DNA from: Geosiphon pyriformis uo1
Lineage: Eukaryota; Fungi; Glomeromycota
Reading direction: 5' to 3'
DNA: 64,000 nucleotides
NCBI GenBank assembly: GCA_016748015.1
Contig: JAAOMT010000009.1
Span: 1,799,924-1,863,923 of the forward strand
Shown: positions 1 through 13,100 of the stretch, one piece after another
How positions within the stretch are numbered: position 1 is the first letter of the stretch
Layout: each line of letters begins with the position of its first letter
The notes under the pieces: generated by a model
Told to the model about the DNA's origin: nothing
What the model saw: the letters and a program-made list of their open reading frames with translations, nothing else
Database searches by the model: none
Translations under genes and position numbers: made by a program

Positions 1-149
1 AAGAAATAACCAATATAGCTATAGACATAATTGAGAAATTAATAAATCTGAGATCTAAAAATCGAACTTTTGTATCTGTGTTCATTGGATTGAAGAAAAC
101 AGGTTCAAACACGAGAAGCTTCGACTAATTATAACATATAAGTTTTCTT

Positions 150-1153
150 TTACGGAATCAGTGCCCCGTTTAAAAACTCAATAAATCCTTTCGCGAACTA
201 AACACCATCATGTTGAAGAGCTGCTGCTTCAAAAAATCTGGATTGGACGAATCCTGACGAATTTTGAGCAAACTCGGTATTGACCTTGAACGGTCAAAAC
301 CTGATTATCTTTGACCATGCCTTGAATAGATGAAATGTGAGTTGAACCTAGATTCTTGAACCCTGGCAGTAATATTGACACGTGATCCCGATACGCTGGT
401 TTTAGATAATAAAAAGGAAAAACTTCATTTGCGATTTGATTTTCTGTACCTTGTGCATTTCATGGATTCGCTTTTTTGAAAAATGAATGAAAAATCAGTT
501 TTTTTGTTTTTTCCTTAACTGATTTGTTGTTAAAGAGTTTAATAAATAAACTTTCTAGGGTTTTACCAAAAAATTATTGTTCGTCTTGAAATTTTTTCGC
601 CCGTCCTCTGTCAATTCTATAACTGTGACGTCAACCATTTTTATAGATCCAATTTGTAAAAAATTATCACATTGATATGACGGAACTTTTGACATTACTA
701 CCTCAAGACCGGCTGGATTTCTGATCACCTGACCGCCCATCCGAACCATACTCTAATTAATTTCAACTCTGGATGATACTTTATCAAATTGGCCGTATAC
801 CCTATGAGACGGTAGATCCACGGTTTATTAAAAAAGGAAAAATAAAATAATTGATCATTTGATCGTTGATCAGTAAGGTATTTCAAGACTAAAAGCTACC
901 CGATCCAGTAATTAGAACACCATCAATCTCCTTTACTTCCTTTTCGGTCGGATATTCCATTTTTTCTATAACGTCGAATGACAAAATTTCTAGATTGGTG
1001 TTTGAAAATGTTTCACAGTTGTCTTCCAAAGCTTTTTTTGAATAAATTAGAAAATATATTATAAAAACTTACATATTTTTCCTTCAGTGTTAAAGCGTAA
1101 CTAAATTTATCAGTAATAAATATAGCTAATCTAAGATTGTTTTTTGATGATAT
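150..1153 (-). pseudogene. Degenerate intron-containing class I glutamine amidotransferase-like gene
   Basis: Manual minus-strand translation gives segments in GATase1 order: LRLAIFITD..KEKY, FDVIEKMEYPTEKEVKEIDGVLITGS, KPWIYRL..KLIRVWFG (family GICFGHQ), MGGQVIRNPAGLEV, IHEMH, DHVS..PGFKNLGST..IQGMVKDNQVLTVQG. Expected start reads ATA, the nucleophile Cys is Trp, and frameshifts occur at the CFGHQ and HPEF motifs. Confidence 0.6.
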
Positions 1154-2272
1154 TTTATTTAGCAAGAGACTCAAAGAATAAGAATAGTTGAATGTTAAAT
1201 CTTTTGGTTATAAATAATTGTCTAATCCCATTTCAAATTATCAAATTCATGATAGATAAATACTTGACGCACCTGCCCTTAAACGTATGATCTTACATAT
1301 CGAAAGAAATGGAGAGAGAGCACGATTTAAAAGATGATCTTCCTCGAAGCTTAATCACTCCTAAAACGAGAATCAGGGTTAGCTCGGTACTAAACCGCGA
1401 TATTACCACCTACGGGAAACAACATTTGATCGACCAGAGTCATGAGACATGTTGGAACTCAGATCAGGTTAAATTTAATTTTCTTTGATCAGTTGACTAA
1501 CTTCGTATCATCTGAACCTTTAAATTATTAATTCGTGACAGGGCTCTCCCCAATATATAATTATTGATTTTCAACGTAAAGTAAAACTACAAGAATTATT
1601 AATCATGTTCCAGGGAGGATTCGCTGGAAAAAAATGTCATATCCTTGGCGCCAATCATAATGATGGATACCAATATGAATTAATTACATCTATTTTTCCT
1701 GAAGATATCAATACCCTACAAATATCCTTTAATGTACTTCTTTAAAAACGAACAGTTCTTTTTTTTCGAATGTTACTCTTAACTCTATCTTGGCAATCGA
1801 TTATCTTATCTTTAAATTACAAGTTTCCTATTCACGATTCTAGCGATCAGCCAAATTTAAAGATTCACCAACGAATGAAGATTATTTTTGAATCAAGCGC
1901 AGATTTCTTTGGGAGAATAACCATATATTTGTTGGATGTGATTGGGCAAGATGCATAATTAGAAACAAGAAGATAATAGCATTATGATTAATAAATTAAT
2001 AGCATGGAAAGTTTTTGAAAATTCAACTTAACGGTGTGTATTAATAAACCAAAATTGAATACATCTTAATAGAATAATGTTTTATTCATTTTAACACAAT
2101 GTTATTGTATCTATTTTAAAGCAACATAGTATAAAAATGTTATATAAATTTAAAAAATATATGTAAAAATAAGATTAAAAAATAAGATAAATAAATTATA
2201 ATTTATTAGATTTACATAATTAAGAATTATCATAAAACAATTAAATATTACATTAGTTATAACCTATTAAAC

Positions 2273-2410
2273 ATTTAATGAGTGCAGTCTAATCACTATC
2301 TAATATATATAAACAAATTAAAAATTTACAGCTAGATGTAATTCATGTTCTTATTATACATAACCAGTCACTTAAGCTGATTAAGACTACACTATATACT
2401 TATAACAAGA
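2273..2410 (-). repeat. Isolated, eroded copy of the LINE 3' tail
   Basis: taatgagtgcagtctaatcactatcta...tacataaccagtcacttaagctgattaag...actatatacttat aligns with the LINE tails at about 3000-3125 and 21835-21960. Confidence 0.55.
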
Positions 2411-2981
2411 AAAAAATATGCATTAATTATGTAAATTAAAACTCACAAACAAATAGATTTGTAGAATAATTTAACCAAATATTATGTAAATTATTAGCCA
2501 AAATCTCAACCAATTTTAAGCAGAAATGAAATATCTTTATTTTATTAGTGTTACTAATATATAAAATACTAAAACAAGATATTATAAAACACATATTATT
2601 TGACTTAACTTATAGAAAGACAGCAATATTATCAATTAATCTTATTATGAAAACATATTTAATACAACCAATTACAGAAAAAAACTTACAAAAAACACTT
2701 CAACAAAAAGCTTATATTTTTTTCAGCATATTAAAAAAAAATAACAAATTACAGTCATCTATATTGAATATTTTCAAGCACAATAAAAAAAATAACATAA
2801 TAACAAATTGTTATCTATTACCAACAAATTTAAAATTGGAAATAAAATTCTCTTATACAAAACTAAGACTAAAAAACAATAGAATAGAAAATTTAATTAT
2901 AAATAGAATAAACTATTTTTCATAAAATTCTAGATAATAAATTATATAAGTTAAGACTTAATAACAAAATTCTAGCAAAAG

Positions 2982-4090
2982 TTTTTTTTTTATTTATATT
3001 TAATGAGTGAGGTCTAAACACTACCTAGTACAATATATTAAATAATTGATTTAAACTAAGTGTGAATTATGTATTTTTTACATATAACCAGCCACTCAAG
3101 CCAATCAGAACAACATTATGCACTTATATAAACTGAAACTGGGTCTCCAATATCTGAGAAAAACAAACAAGATTTATGAAATCCAAAACTAGTACCAAAT
3201 GCTTCAGCAATACCAAGCAGCTTAGTCATACCATTAGAAAACTTTGATAACAACCCAAAAACTGGAAATAAAGCTGATCTATTACTTGGTATAAGTTTAT
3301 TCTTTTTAATAAAAACGTGATGCTTAGCACAGACTAATCAAATCTTATTCTTAAAAGCAAGACAAAAGCCATGCACAAAGTTCACAATCTTCTGATCTAC
3401 AACTTTGAAATTCTCAAAAACAGATGCAGCTTTTTGAATCCAGTTCTTAGAAACAAAGCCTTTATAAAAAACTGTACATATTACAATGTTCAAAACACAG
3501 AAAGACAACAATTGAAACACACATGAAAAGAAATAAGAAAGACCAAAAAGTGCACCTTAGCAATTACATGAGCATTCAACAAATGACAACAAACAGAATT
3601 ATTAACTACACAAAAAAAAGCATGGTTCAAAACCTTAACATTACCACAATATAAGCATAATACACTGAGATAATGCTTGTTATACAGACATTTTCAAACA
3701 GCAACTGGCAGCTGATAGTACAAAGCTTTTATAAAGTACATATGAACACCAGCAGTAGATCTACTAATAAAACCAGCAGCCATGTGCAAATTAGAATGCC
3801 ATACCAAGGATGAATTAAACCAATTAATGTCCAAGAGCAAACTATTATTCAGAACTCTAGAACCAAAAACAACTTCTCAATACATACAATGAACAAACCT
3901 AAAGATTTTATGAACAAAATGTCTAAAATTACCAAAAACTACACTTTCTTTAGCCAAAATATAATGTTTCTCTAATTGAAAGAGAAGATACCAGAAAGAA
4001 AGAAAAGCAGCATTGGCAAGTGTATCAGTATATACATTACTCAAAACATCTGAATAACTTTTTACTTTGTGTCAACTAATATTTAAATTT
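2982..4090 (-). mobile_element. 5'-truncated, decayed LINE (end of RNase H, C-terminal Cys/His region, 3' UTR, poly(A))
   Basis: Poly-T at about 2982 followed by the family 3' tail; ORF 3338-3520 (VFYKGFVSKNWIQKAASVF) matches the LINE C-terminus at 22173-22388 (LVCKEFVLDEWYKEACCVF). Confidence 0.7.
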
Positions 4091-4229
4091 TTTTCAAACA
4101 AAATTTATGATGTACTAATACTTGACTCAATAACAATTCCTAAAATTTGGATGCACTAGACTTAATTTCAATTTACACATATCCAAAGCAGTCTGATTGT
4201 CCATAAAAAAACAAACTGAACTATAAGAC

Positions 4230-6151
4230 ACAAAAGTTGTACATAGAAATAGATTAAAATATTATTATTTCAAAATTAATTCTAAATCATTAATTTTACA
4301 AATTGATATACATTTTTCTTTAATTAATTCCAAAGATATTTTTCAAAATTTAAAACTAATAATTGTCATAGAACAACAAACCAAATATAAACAATTAAAT
4401 TAATTAGTTATATTAATATTCATTTCAAAATAAACATAAAAACATATTCAAAAATAGTAAAATAATTATCAGAAAATAAATATATATTAAAAATAATTTT
4501 TTATTTTATTTTTATCAAACTTTATTATTTTTCAATTTTATAATACTTATTTCTCGAAATATTCAACAAATCTTCCAAAAATCAATGTTAGCTTTGAAAA
4601 TACTTCCTAACTTATCTATAATAATTAATAAAAATCAAATTAATTACATTTAAAAAGAAACTATAGCTTTAATAGCAAATAATTTAAATTATTATCCTTA
4701 TAAAAAGAACATAAAAAGTTACTCTAAAATTCAATTATCAGAACTTTTGAAGCAAGTTTTAAAAGAAAATTTTTTATTTGCCTTTATTAAAATTTTACTA
4801 AATATAACAACTCAACAAAAACTTTAAATATGTCTTAATGAACAAAATAATAAATATATTTTTATATATAGATATTTTTATATTGAAAAAACACTATATA
4901 AACAAAAACTTAAACTTAAAGCAACAAACCTTACTCCAAAAACTATATAAAAACAAATTTACAATAAATTTAAAATAGCTGCTAAACTAATAAATACTTA
5001 CTACAAACTTAGAATAATTTTTAGACTTTATAATCTATTTAATACTTGTAAAAACATTTTACAAAATCTAATACTTTAACCAATAAAAATACAATACATT
5101 GGTAAACTTACAAAACTGAAATTTCAACAGTTTTCAAATTAAATTACTTTAATAATCTTGAATTATTATCTTAATATCATAAATAGTACTTAGATTTCAA
5201 TAAAACTCAGTCTTAAAAAGGAAATTATGTTATCAATAGAATTTTAGTCATTAATTAGCATAAAATTACTTTTATAATTTTTATTATTAATTAGTATATA
5301 TTATCATGTTTCAATTATTATTTATAATTTAATCAAAACTATTAAATAATACTATTTAATTAATAATTTAATTTATATAATAGAAATTAGAATAATCAGA
5401 TTATACAATATTCCAAATTATGTAATATTTAAAAATTTGTAAAAATTTGTAAAAATAATTGACAGTTTATCAAAATAGCCAATAATTTGTAAAAATAACT
5501 TGTAGTTTGTCGAAATTATATCAAAAAAAAGTTCAAGTTTATAGACTAGTATTACAACAAATTGTATAAAAGAAGAGCTTTTTTTTTGAAAAAATATATC
5601 TTATTTTAAAATTTTATTCTATTTAGTTTATTTTTAGAATAGCAATCTATATATAAATTAATAAAACAAATACTTTAAAAAACAAATTCTTTCAAATTAT
5701 ACTTGAAATTTTTTAAACTCCAACTAATATTTTGAAATTAATTAACTACTAATTTCAGTAATTTGTTAGTAATTTCAAGTCTAAACAAAAAATAATTTTC
5801 TTAATATAAATATATTTTTTTTTATTTTTATTTTTTTATTATAATCATTAAGATAATTTATAGACAAAATTTCTGTAGAAAAGTTGACTTTTACAGCAAA
5901 ATAACTGCATATTTTTAGTAAGCTTTTAGATAAGCAATTTCTGAAAGAGTTGATTTATACTATAAAGTAACTACATCAAGTAACTGACATATAATTGGTT
6001 ATTCTATTTATAAGCTCAACAGTTCAAATTATAAGAGATAATTTGAAGATAAATTTAGTTATTAGAGATTTATTAGCTTCCAATAATTATGAATTAATAG
6101 CAAACTGTATTGACAATATTTAAGAAAAGAGACCAAAAACCTTTAATAATA
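4230..6151 (+). mobile_element. Heavily eroded 3' end of a third Gypsy family (family C): integrase tail, ORF3 remnant, PPT, 3' LTR
   Basis: KVVHRNRLKYY integrase-tail-like motif at about 4233-4265; DFNKTQS* at 5193-5216; purine tract; TGTTA LTR start at 5228; LTR aligns to 63237-64000. Right end approximate. Confidence 0.55.
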
Positions 6152-7185
6152 TAGTTTTACTTATAAAAAGTAATTTAACTACCAAAAAAAGTTTATTCAA
6201 AAAAATTTGATTTATTATTTTTAAAAAAATAGTATTATTCACAAAATTTAATAATATATACTATTATTGTCATACAAAAATAATTTTATTAAAAACAATT
6301 TAATTTTTAGTTTATTTTAACATAATAAAATTCACTAATGTTTTAACTTTATCAGAAATTAATACAAATTTATCATCAATTAGTAAATAATTTAATATTA
6401 TTTAATTTAATTTTGTAAGACTTTAAAACTTTTTGACATAATATATCTTTCTAATTTTGTAAAAACCAAATTAACAGCATTGAAATTTAAACTAATTTAA
6501 ACAATATTTCAAACAACTTTAGCTATTTTAAAATCCAGCTTTAACTATTTATATATAAGTCTAATAAAATTTATATCTAAGACTAATAATAAATATTTTA
6601 ATAACTTAAAAACCAAAAGTTTTAACTTTAAAAAGTAAAAAAAACAAGAATTTTTTATACATAATACTTTATTTAAAAAACATTTAATTTATAATAAAAT
6701 ACACAATATTTTTAAAATATTTTTATATTGTATTTAAATTATTCATTAATTTTAACTCTTTAAAATCATTTTTTATAATATTTAATTTTTGCAAAATATT
6801 ATTTTTAAAACCAATTTATTTAATATTATTAATATTTTTAAAATTATAATTTTATTAATTTTTATTAATTTGTTTTTTTAAAGCATAAAATATAATATTT
6901 AAAAGACTTTTTAACTTTATTAAAACACAATCTTATAGTCTATTGAAAAAAAATTTTGTATATCTAAAACATCATGAATTACTATAATATTATATAAAAA
7001 AAATAAAACCAAAATAAAATCAATAGTTTTTTTGATCTTATAAAAGTTTATTTACATAAAAGTTTTTACAAAAAAGCTATTTAAGACTAAATCTAAATTC
7101 AACTATTTTTTGAAACTAATACTATATTTATATTATTTTTATTAAAATTGCTCTTTAAAATAACAAAAATATTCTTATTAAATGT

Positions 7186-8018
7186 TGTTACAGGTGATTA
7201 TTTGGTTGTTGGAGTAAATAACAAACCCATAATTTGGTGTTCAAGGCTATTGTCAATGATAGAAATCTGAAGGTGTGTTTATTTGAAGGTTTTGGTTAAG
7301 TCTTTTGTATAATAGACAGAGATTTAATGGTAATAGTTTTATCTATAGCTTTCTGAAACCACAGTTTCATTAATTTCTTTCTCAGCATGATGGCTGGTGT
7401 TTCTCCTGGTAAGCTAACCTCAATCGAATGTCCTACTCTTATTTCTGGGTCTTTTACCAGTGCTATATCCTAATGTTAGTACTCTGCATGTTAATCCTTA
7501 ATAGAGTTAATAATAACAACAATTAAGACCAAAACATAAAAAAAATAACATAAAGAAATAAGCCAAGGCAATGAACAAGTTAGTATCTCATCAATAGCTG
7601 TAATCAGAGCTATTGGTTCAATGTAGTTAGGTATCAATGACTATTAATCTGAAATGTTAATAGTGGAAAGTGGATTTGAATGGTAAATGATTTATTTATT
7701 TATTATATGTGAATAAAAGATTTCTAACTCTCATATTCTTCTTTTTCTTTCTATTTCTAATACTACTGTTATATATACATGATTGATGTTCTACAAGATT
7801 GCTCACATTCCTGAGTGATGTGCTATGATTTTTTGAGCAATGCTCATATTGCTGAGTGATGTGCTCTAATTTTCTAACATTGTTCCATATTGTTGAGCAA
7901 TGTGTCATGTTTTTCTGACATTGCTCCACATTGCTGAACAATATATCCACATGCTAAATACTATTCTCCTGTTGGTCTGCTATTTTTTATATCTGTTTTT
8001 TTTCTTTTATAAGTAATA
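7186..8018 (-). repeat. 3' LTR of element A (833 bp; four 41-bp palindrome-core units at about 7804-7955)
   Basis: Direct repeat of 16413-17286; adjacent pyrimidine tract 8019-8033 is the PPT on the minus strand. Confidence 0.92.
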
Positions 8019-8031
8019 TTATCTTCTTTTT

Positions 8032-8665
8032 TTAATATTGAGCTCCATTGAAATCTTTGTTTTGAATTAATTCTAAGACTTTTTTTTCAAGTATTGTTTG
8101 TTTGACTCTGTTCTTCATATCTTCTACTTGTGTATTGTTTATTCTTCCCCATTGGTTAATGGTTATGGTTTCTATCTTAGAGTGTAACAGTATTTCTGGA
8201 TAGTTCTAAAATATGTTGTGCAGTTAGTAAATTGTTCTCACATGTAGTGCTGAGTTTGTCTTTTTTCTAATAAATTCTTCAATTTGCTGTATTATGTTTT
8301 GGTTAAATATCCTCTTGGATTTGTTGATATACAACTCTTGAATATTCAACTTCCAACCTAACTGGTAATAACAGTATGATATTAAAAGTTATTTTGTCCA
8401 TTGCTTCCAATTCTCTTTTGTAAGTTTTTTTGTTGGTGTTCTAATAGGTATTTTCCCAAGTGTTTTTTACTTTTTCTATTATGTTATCTGATCTATTTTT
8501 ATTATTCTTTGGTAACCACTGATATGGTGTATTTTTTGTCTTTCTTTTGGTGTTTTGATAGCAAATTGTTTGGTTGTTAACAATAATTTCCAAGTCTAAA
8601 GATTGTTGACTTAAGGCCTGGAATAATTGTTGAGCTATGGTGTGAATATGATCTGGTATTTCCAT
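8032..8665 (-). pseudogene. ORF3 of element A: ~210-aa protein of unknown function between integrase and PPT
   Basis: MEIPDHIHTIAQQLFQ...YCYYQLG..NIQELYINK...NQWGRI...DFNGAQY*; nonsense codons plus one 1-nt homopolymer slip; homologous to 33097-33726. Confidence 0.75.
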
Positions 8666-8724
8666 TTTCTTGGTTGTTTTTGTCGTGTATACTGTGTTTT
8701 TATATACTCTTTTATTGTTTGATT

Positions 8725-10101
8725 TTACATGTTTGGTCCAATGATTATGATTGGTTCCAGATCTTGTGGAATCTCATTTGGTTGAACTAGTATTTATTGT
8801 ACTCCTAATTGTGAAATGTTATTGGTAGATAATAATGCTATTTGGTAATATGGTTTCAGTTGATCACCATATACTGCTTTGGCTAAAATTTTGTTGTCCC
8901 ATCTTAATTTATAAGCTCCATTTCCAAGAATTTCTTCTATGTGAAATGGTCCATCCCATTTGGGGTCAAATTTTCTATTTTATTGTTTTTCCGTTTTGGT
9001 ATGATGTAACAGTACTTTGTCTCCAATTTTGAATTCAACTGGTTTGTCTGGTAGTTGATTATCATGTCTTTTTTTTTGTTTTTTTTGTGACTTTTGGATG
9101 TTATTAGCTGCTTTTTGTCATCTGTTTTCTAGTGTTTCCATTAAGTCATATGTTCTTTTCAACAAGGTTTCTTGGAAATTATCTTCTGTTATTGGTTCAG
9201 TTAAATATGTATTGATCTCTATCTCAACTGGTAATGTTGTTGTTCTACCGTATACCAATTCAAATAGTGTTGCTTGTATAGTATTTTGCTTCATTGTCTG
9301 ATAAGCAAATAATATTGATGGTATAAACAAATCCCATTCTTCTTGATTTTTTTGACTAATTTTGGCAATTGCTTCATACAGTGTTCTATTAAATCTTTCA
9401 ACTAAACCATTCATTTGTGGATAGTATGGTGATGATACTGGTCTTTTAATTCCAAATTGATGGCTTAATTCTGCTAATGTTCTGTTCACAAAGTGAGTTC
9501 CTTGATCTGATAATAGTTTTTTTGGACATCTATGTCGACAAATCAAATCTTGATGAACAAATTTGGCAATGAATTCTGCATCTGCTCTTTGAATGGCTTT
9601 TGTTTTTGGCTATTTTGTGAGATAGTCTATAGTTACTGCAATATATCTGTTGCTTCTGCTGGTGATTGTTAATGATCCGACTAAGTCAATTCTGATATGA
9701 TCAAATGGTTGTCCCATTTTGATTGGTCTTAATGATTTATTGGGTTTTGTTCTACCTTTTCTCTGACAAGCATCACAATTCTAAACATATTGAATGATAT
9801 CTGAATACATTGATGGCCAATAGTATCTTTTTCTTGTTTTTTTCATGGTTGCTTCTTTATAAAAATGTCCTGCTGTTGGATCTGAATACATATTGAATAA
9901 TATTGTCTCTTTCTCTGGTTCTGTGACAACCCTTATTGGTTGATCTGGATTTTTTCTGTTTTTTCAGTAAAGTATATCTTTATAATTAATAAAATGTTTT
10001 GATTGTTGTTTGATATTATTTTACTCATTTTGAGATAATTTCTTCTTGAACTGTTAAGTATTTATATAATATTGTAGTTGTTGATATTTTTGTATATTCA
10101 T
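8725..10101 (-). pseudogene. Integrase ORF of element A (own ATG; HHCC, DDE, GPF/Y-like tail)
   Basis: ATG at 10101; SDQGTHF, YPQMNGLVERFNRTL, KFDPKWDGPFHI; length divisible by three with internal stops. Confidence 0.88.
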
Positions 10102-10130
10102 CTTTTGTTATATTTTTGTGTTAAGATGTT

Positions 10131-13100
10131 TTAGATTTGTCTCATTTGCAACAAACTATTAGCATTTCCATTGTCTTTTCCCTTTTTATAATGTATAGTG
10201 TAAGTATATGATAATAGTGTCATTTTCCATCTTGATTGTCTTCCATCTCCAAATTTCTGTTTATGAAGTGTTGTTAATCCCTTGTGATCTGTGTATACAT
10301 CAAACTTCTGGCTCAAGTATTTGCTCTATTTCATGACTGCCCAATAAATTGCTAAGTGTTCTAATTCTGGTGTTCCATAATTTCTTTCAGCTAGAGTTAA
10401 ACCTTGGCTGGCATATGCAACTGGATGTTCTCTTCTATTCGGTCCTCTTTGTGATAGTACTGCTCCCAATGCTTGGCCTGATGCATCAGTAGTAATGATG
10501 AATGGTTTGTTATGATCTAGATAGATTAGTACTGGAGCTTGTATAAGCTTTCTTTTTAGAATATCAAAAGCTTCTTGTTGTGCTTTTGTCTATTCATATT
10601 TTACATTTTTGGTTTGGAGATGATTGAGTAATTGGGCTATCTTGGAAAAGTTTTTGATGAAGCATTGATAATAGTCTGCGAATCCTAAGAATGATTTTAA
10701 CTCTGTTATATTGGTTGGTACTGGAAAGTTCTTGACTATCTCTATCTTTTCTGGATCCGTTTTGATGCCATTTTTGCTTACTATGTGCCCTAAAAAGTTT
10801 AATTCTGTCTTGCCAAAGAAGCACTTATTGGCATTTAACTTTAGCTCTGCTTGTCATAGCTTTTTAAACACTTATTGTAAATAATGCAAATGATCATCAA
10901 ATGTTTTAGAAAACACATTGGTGTTATCTAAATAAACGACTACTGATTTCCACAACAAGCCAGTATATACTATTTTTATTAGCTATTGAAATATAGCTGG
11001 CATATTTGTTAAGTCGAATGGCATCATTTTGAATTCAAAATTTCTCTTTCATGTTGTGAATGCGGTCTTTTTTTTGTCTATTGAATCTATGATTACTTGC
11101 CAATAACCACTATCTAAATCCAATATTGAGAACCATTTGTTTCTTCCAAAAGCATCGAATAATTCCTGAATCCGTGAAGTTAGATAGCAGTCTTCATGCA
11201 TAACTCTATTAAGCTTTCTGTAGTCCATACAAAAGCAGATTTTCCCATTTTTTTTCCAGACAAGTACTACTGGTAATGACCATGGGCTTATTGATGGCTA
11301 AATTAACCCGTTGTCAAGCATCTGGTTGATTTCTTGACAAATGATTTTATGGCTGGCAGGTGGTACTCTATATGCTCATTGTTTTATTGGCATAGCATCT
11401 CCAGTTTTGATCTGGTGTTGGATGATGTCAGTTCTACCGAATTCATTCTCACTGGCAAAGATGTCATTGAACTTGTTGAGTAATATTTTCAGCTGCATAC
11501 ATTAAAGTGGGTTTAGATTCCCCATGTTCATTTGTTCCAATTGTTCTGGTTGGAGCAAATAACATTTATTTTGTTTATATATTGTTTGTGATGTGATGTC
11601 AACATATCCACAAAGCTATGGAAAGTCTGGAATGGAGTTTGGTGGTTGGTTCTCTATTTCAGTAGTTAAATGTCCTATGATGGTTCCTTCTGGTATCTCT
11701 ATAATCTTTCCAGTGTTGTTGTAAATAGGAATTTTAATGCGGCTATAGTTCCTGGCTGGTATGTAGAGATTAATGAGTCCAATTTCTCCTGATTCACAAT
11801 GTGCTGCTTCTGCCTCAAAAATCTGGTTCTGATTCTTCACTTTTTTTTCTATAACTACCATATACTGGTCATATAGTGGAATAGAAATTGGTTGACTGGT
11901 AGAGATAATTTCTCCCTTGTCAATAATCTTTTTTTCCATCATATTAACTGGTATATCTACTCTACTCGTTGATCCAAATCCCTGTATTCCTCTTGTTGTT
12001 ATTCCTAATTCTTCTCTATTTTCTACTAATACTAACTGAGCTATTTTGACCAGAGGCAGGAATATTGTCTGCACTATTTTTTTGTTTGGCTCTATTACAT
12101 AGGCCTTTTCAGAATTATTTTGTAGCATAGCAATAATATTTCTCACATATCCTGCATTAATTATTCTTTCTCTGATGTTAATTCCTTTTTTTGCTAGACT
12201 ACTCCTAAATGCTAATTGAACCATTATGGTTGCTAGAATTTTCAGTGCTATTTTTAGATTAATGTAAGTGTGCAAATATGGTTCCAATTTGATGGCATCT
12301 TTTCCAGAATATCTTAGATCAAAATCTACATCAGTATTATGTACACATTCTGGCATAATATCTTTATTATTGTCACTGAACCATTTTAATTCCTGCTTCT
12401 TGGTAAGGTCAGGAAGCACAATATATTGTTCATAGTTTAAATTGGAGTTTGAATCTGAGTTGGAATTGTTGTCATTGTTATTGCTATTTTGAACAGAACT
12501 GGAACCATTATTTTTGTTGTCATCATTGTTAGGGTTGGAATTAGGATTGAAAATTGATTTTGATTCTAATGTGCAGCTACTGATTGGTTCAATTTCTTCT
12601 GAGATTGTGTAGATCATTCATGGTGATGGATTGTAGATGAGGTTACACTCATTACAATACTGGAAGTCACATGAAATTAAACAGTAGTCACATAATCGAG
12701 TGTTTAGCTATGCTAAATGTTCTTCCTGTTCTTCTCTGATGGGTGCCAAGTTTTGGTAATGCTCATGGAAGTTTTCTGGGTTGGTTTTTATGTCAAGAAA
12801 AGTGTCTGGATTTGGAATGAGGATGATGTCAACCTGTTCAGGCAGGTTGTTTTTAACTTCCAGAATTTCACTGGGCATGGCTCCTTGGACTTTGGCATTC
12901 ACCATTTGCCAAATCTTGTCCTCGTCATGTGGGTAGCCATCCAATTGGTTAATTGCTCTATGCCAAACTGCTGTTATAGGCATGTCACAACTCACCTAGT
13001 CACTAATAAGAATCGTGTACTGGCATGAAGCATCGCATGTTCTTTCTTAACCAGAAATGTCATTCCACATCCCTTCATCAAATAGCTGTTTACCACAAGC

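Noticed and set aside
2548-2925. K/N/I-rich ORFs in AT deserts (also 21384-21581, 39442-39696, 62104-62412)
   Set aside because: Composition reflects AT-eroded DNA; no motifs.
8032-8665. ORF3 as retroviral env
   Set aside because: No signal peptide, TM helix or cleavage/fusion motif, and too short.
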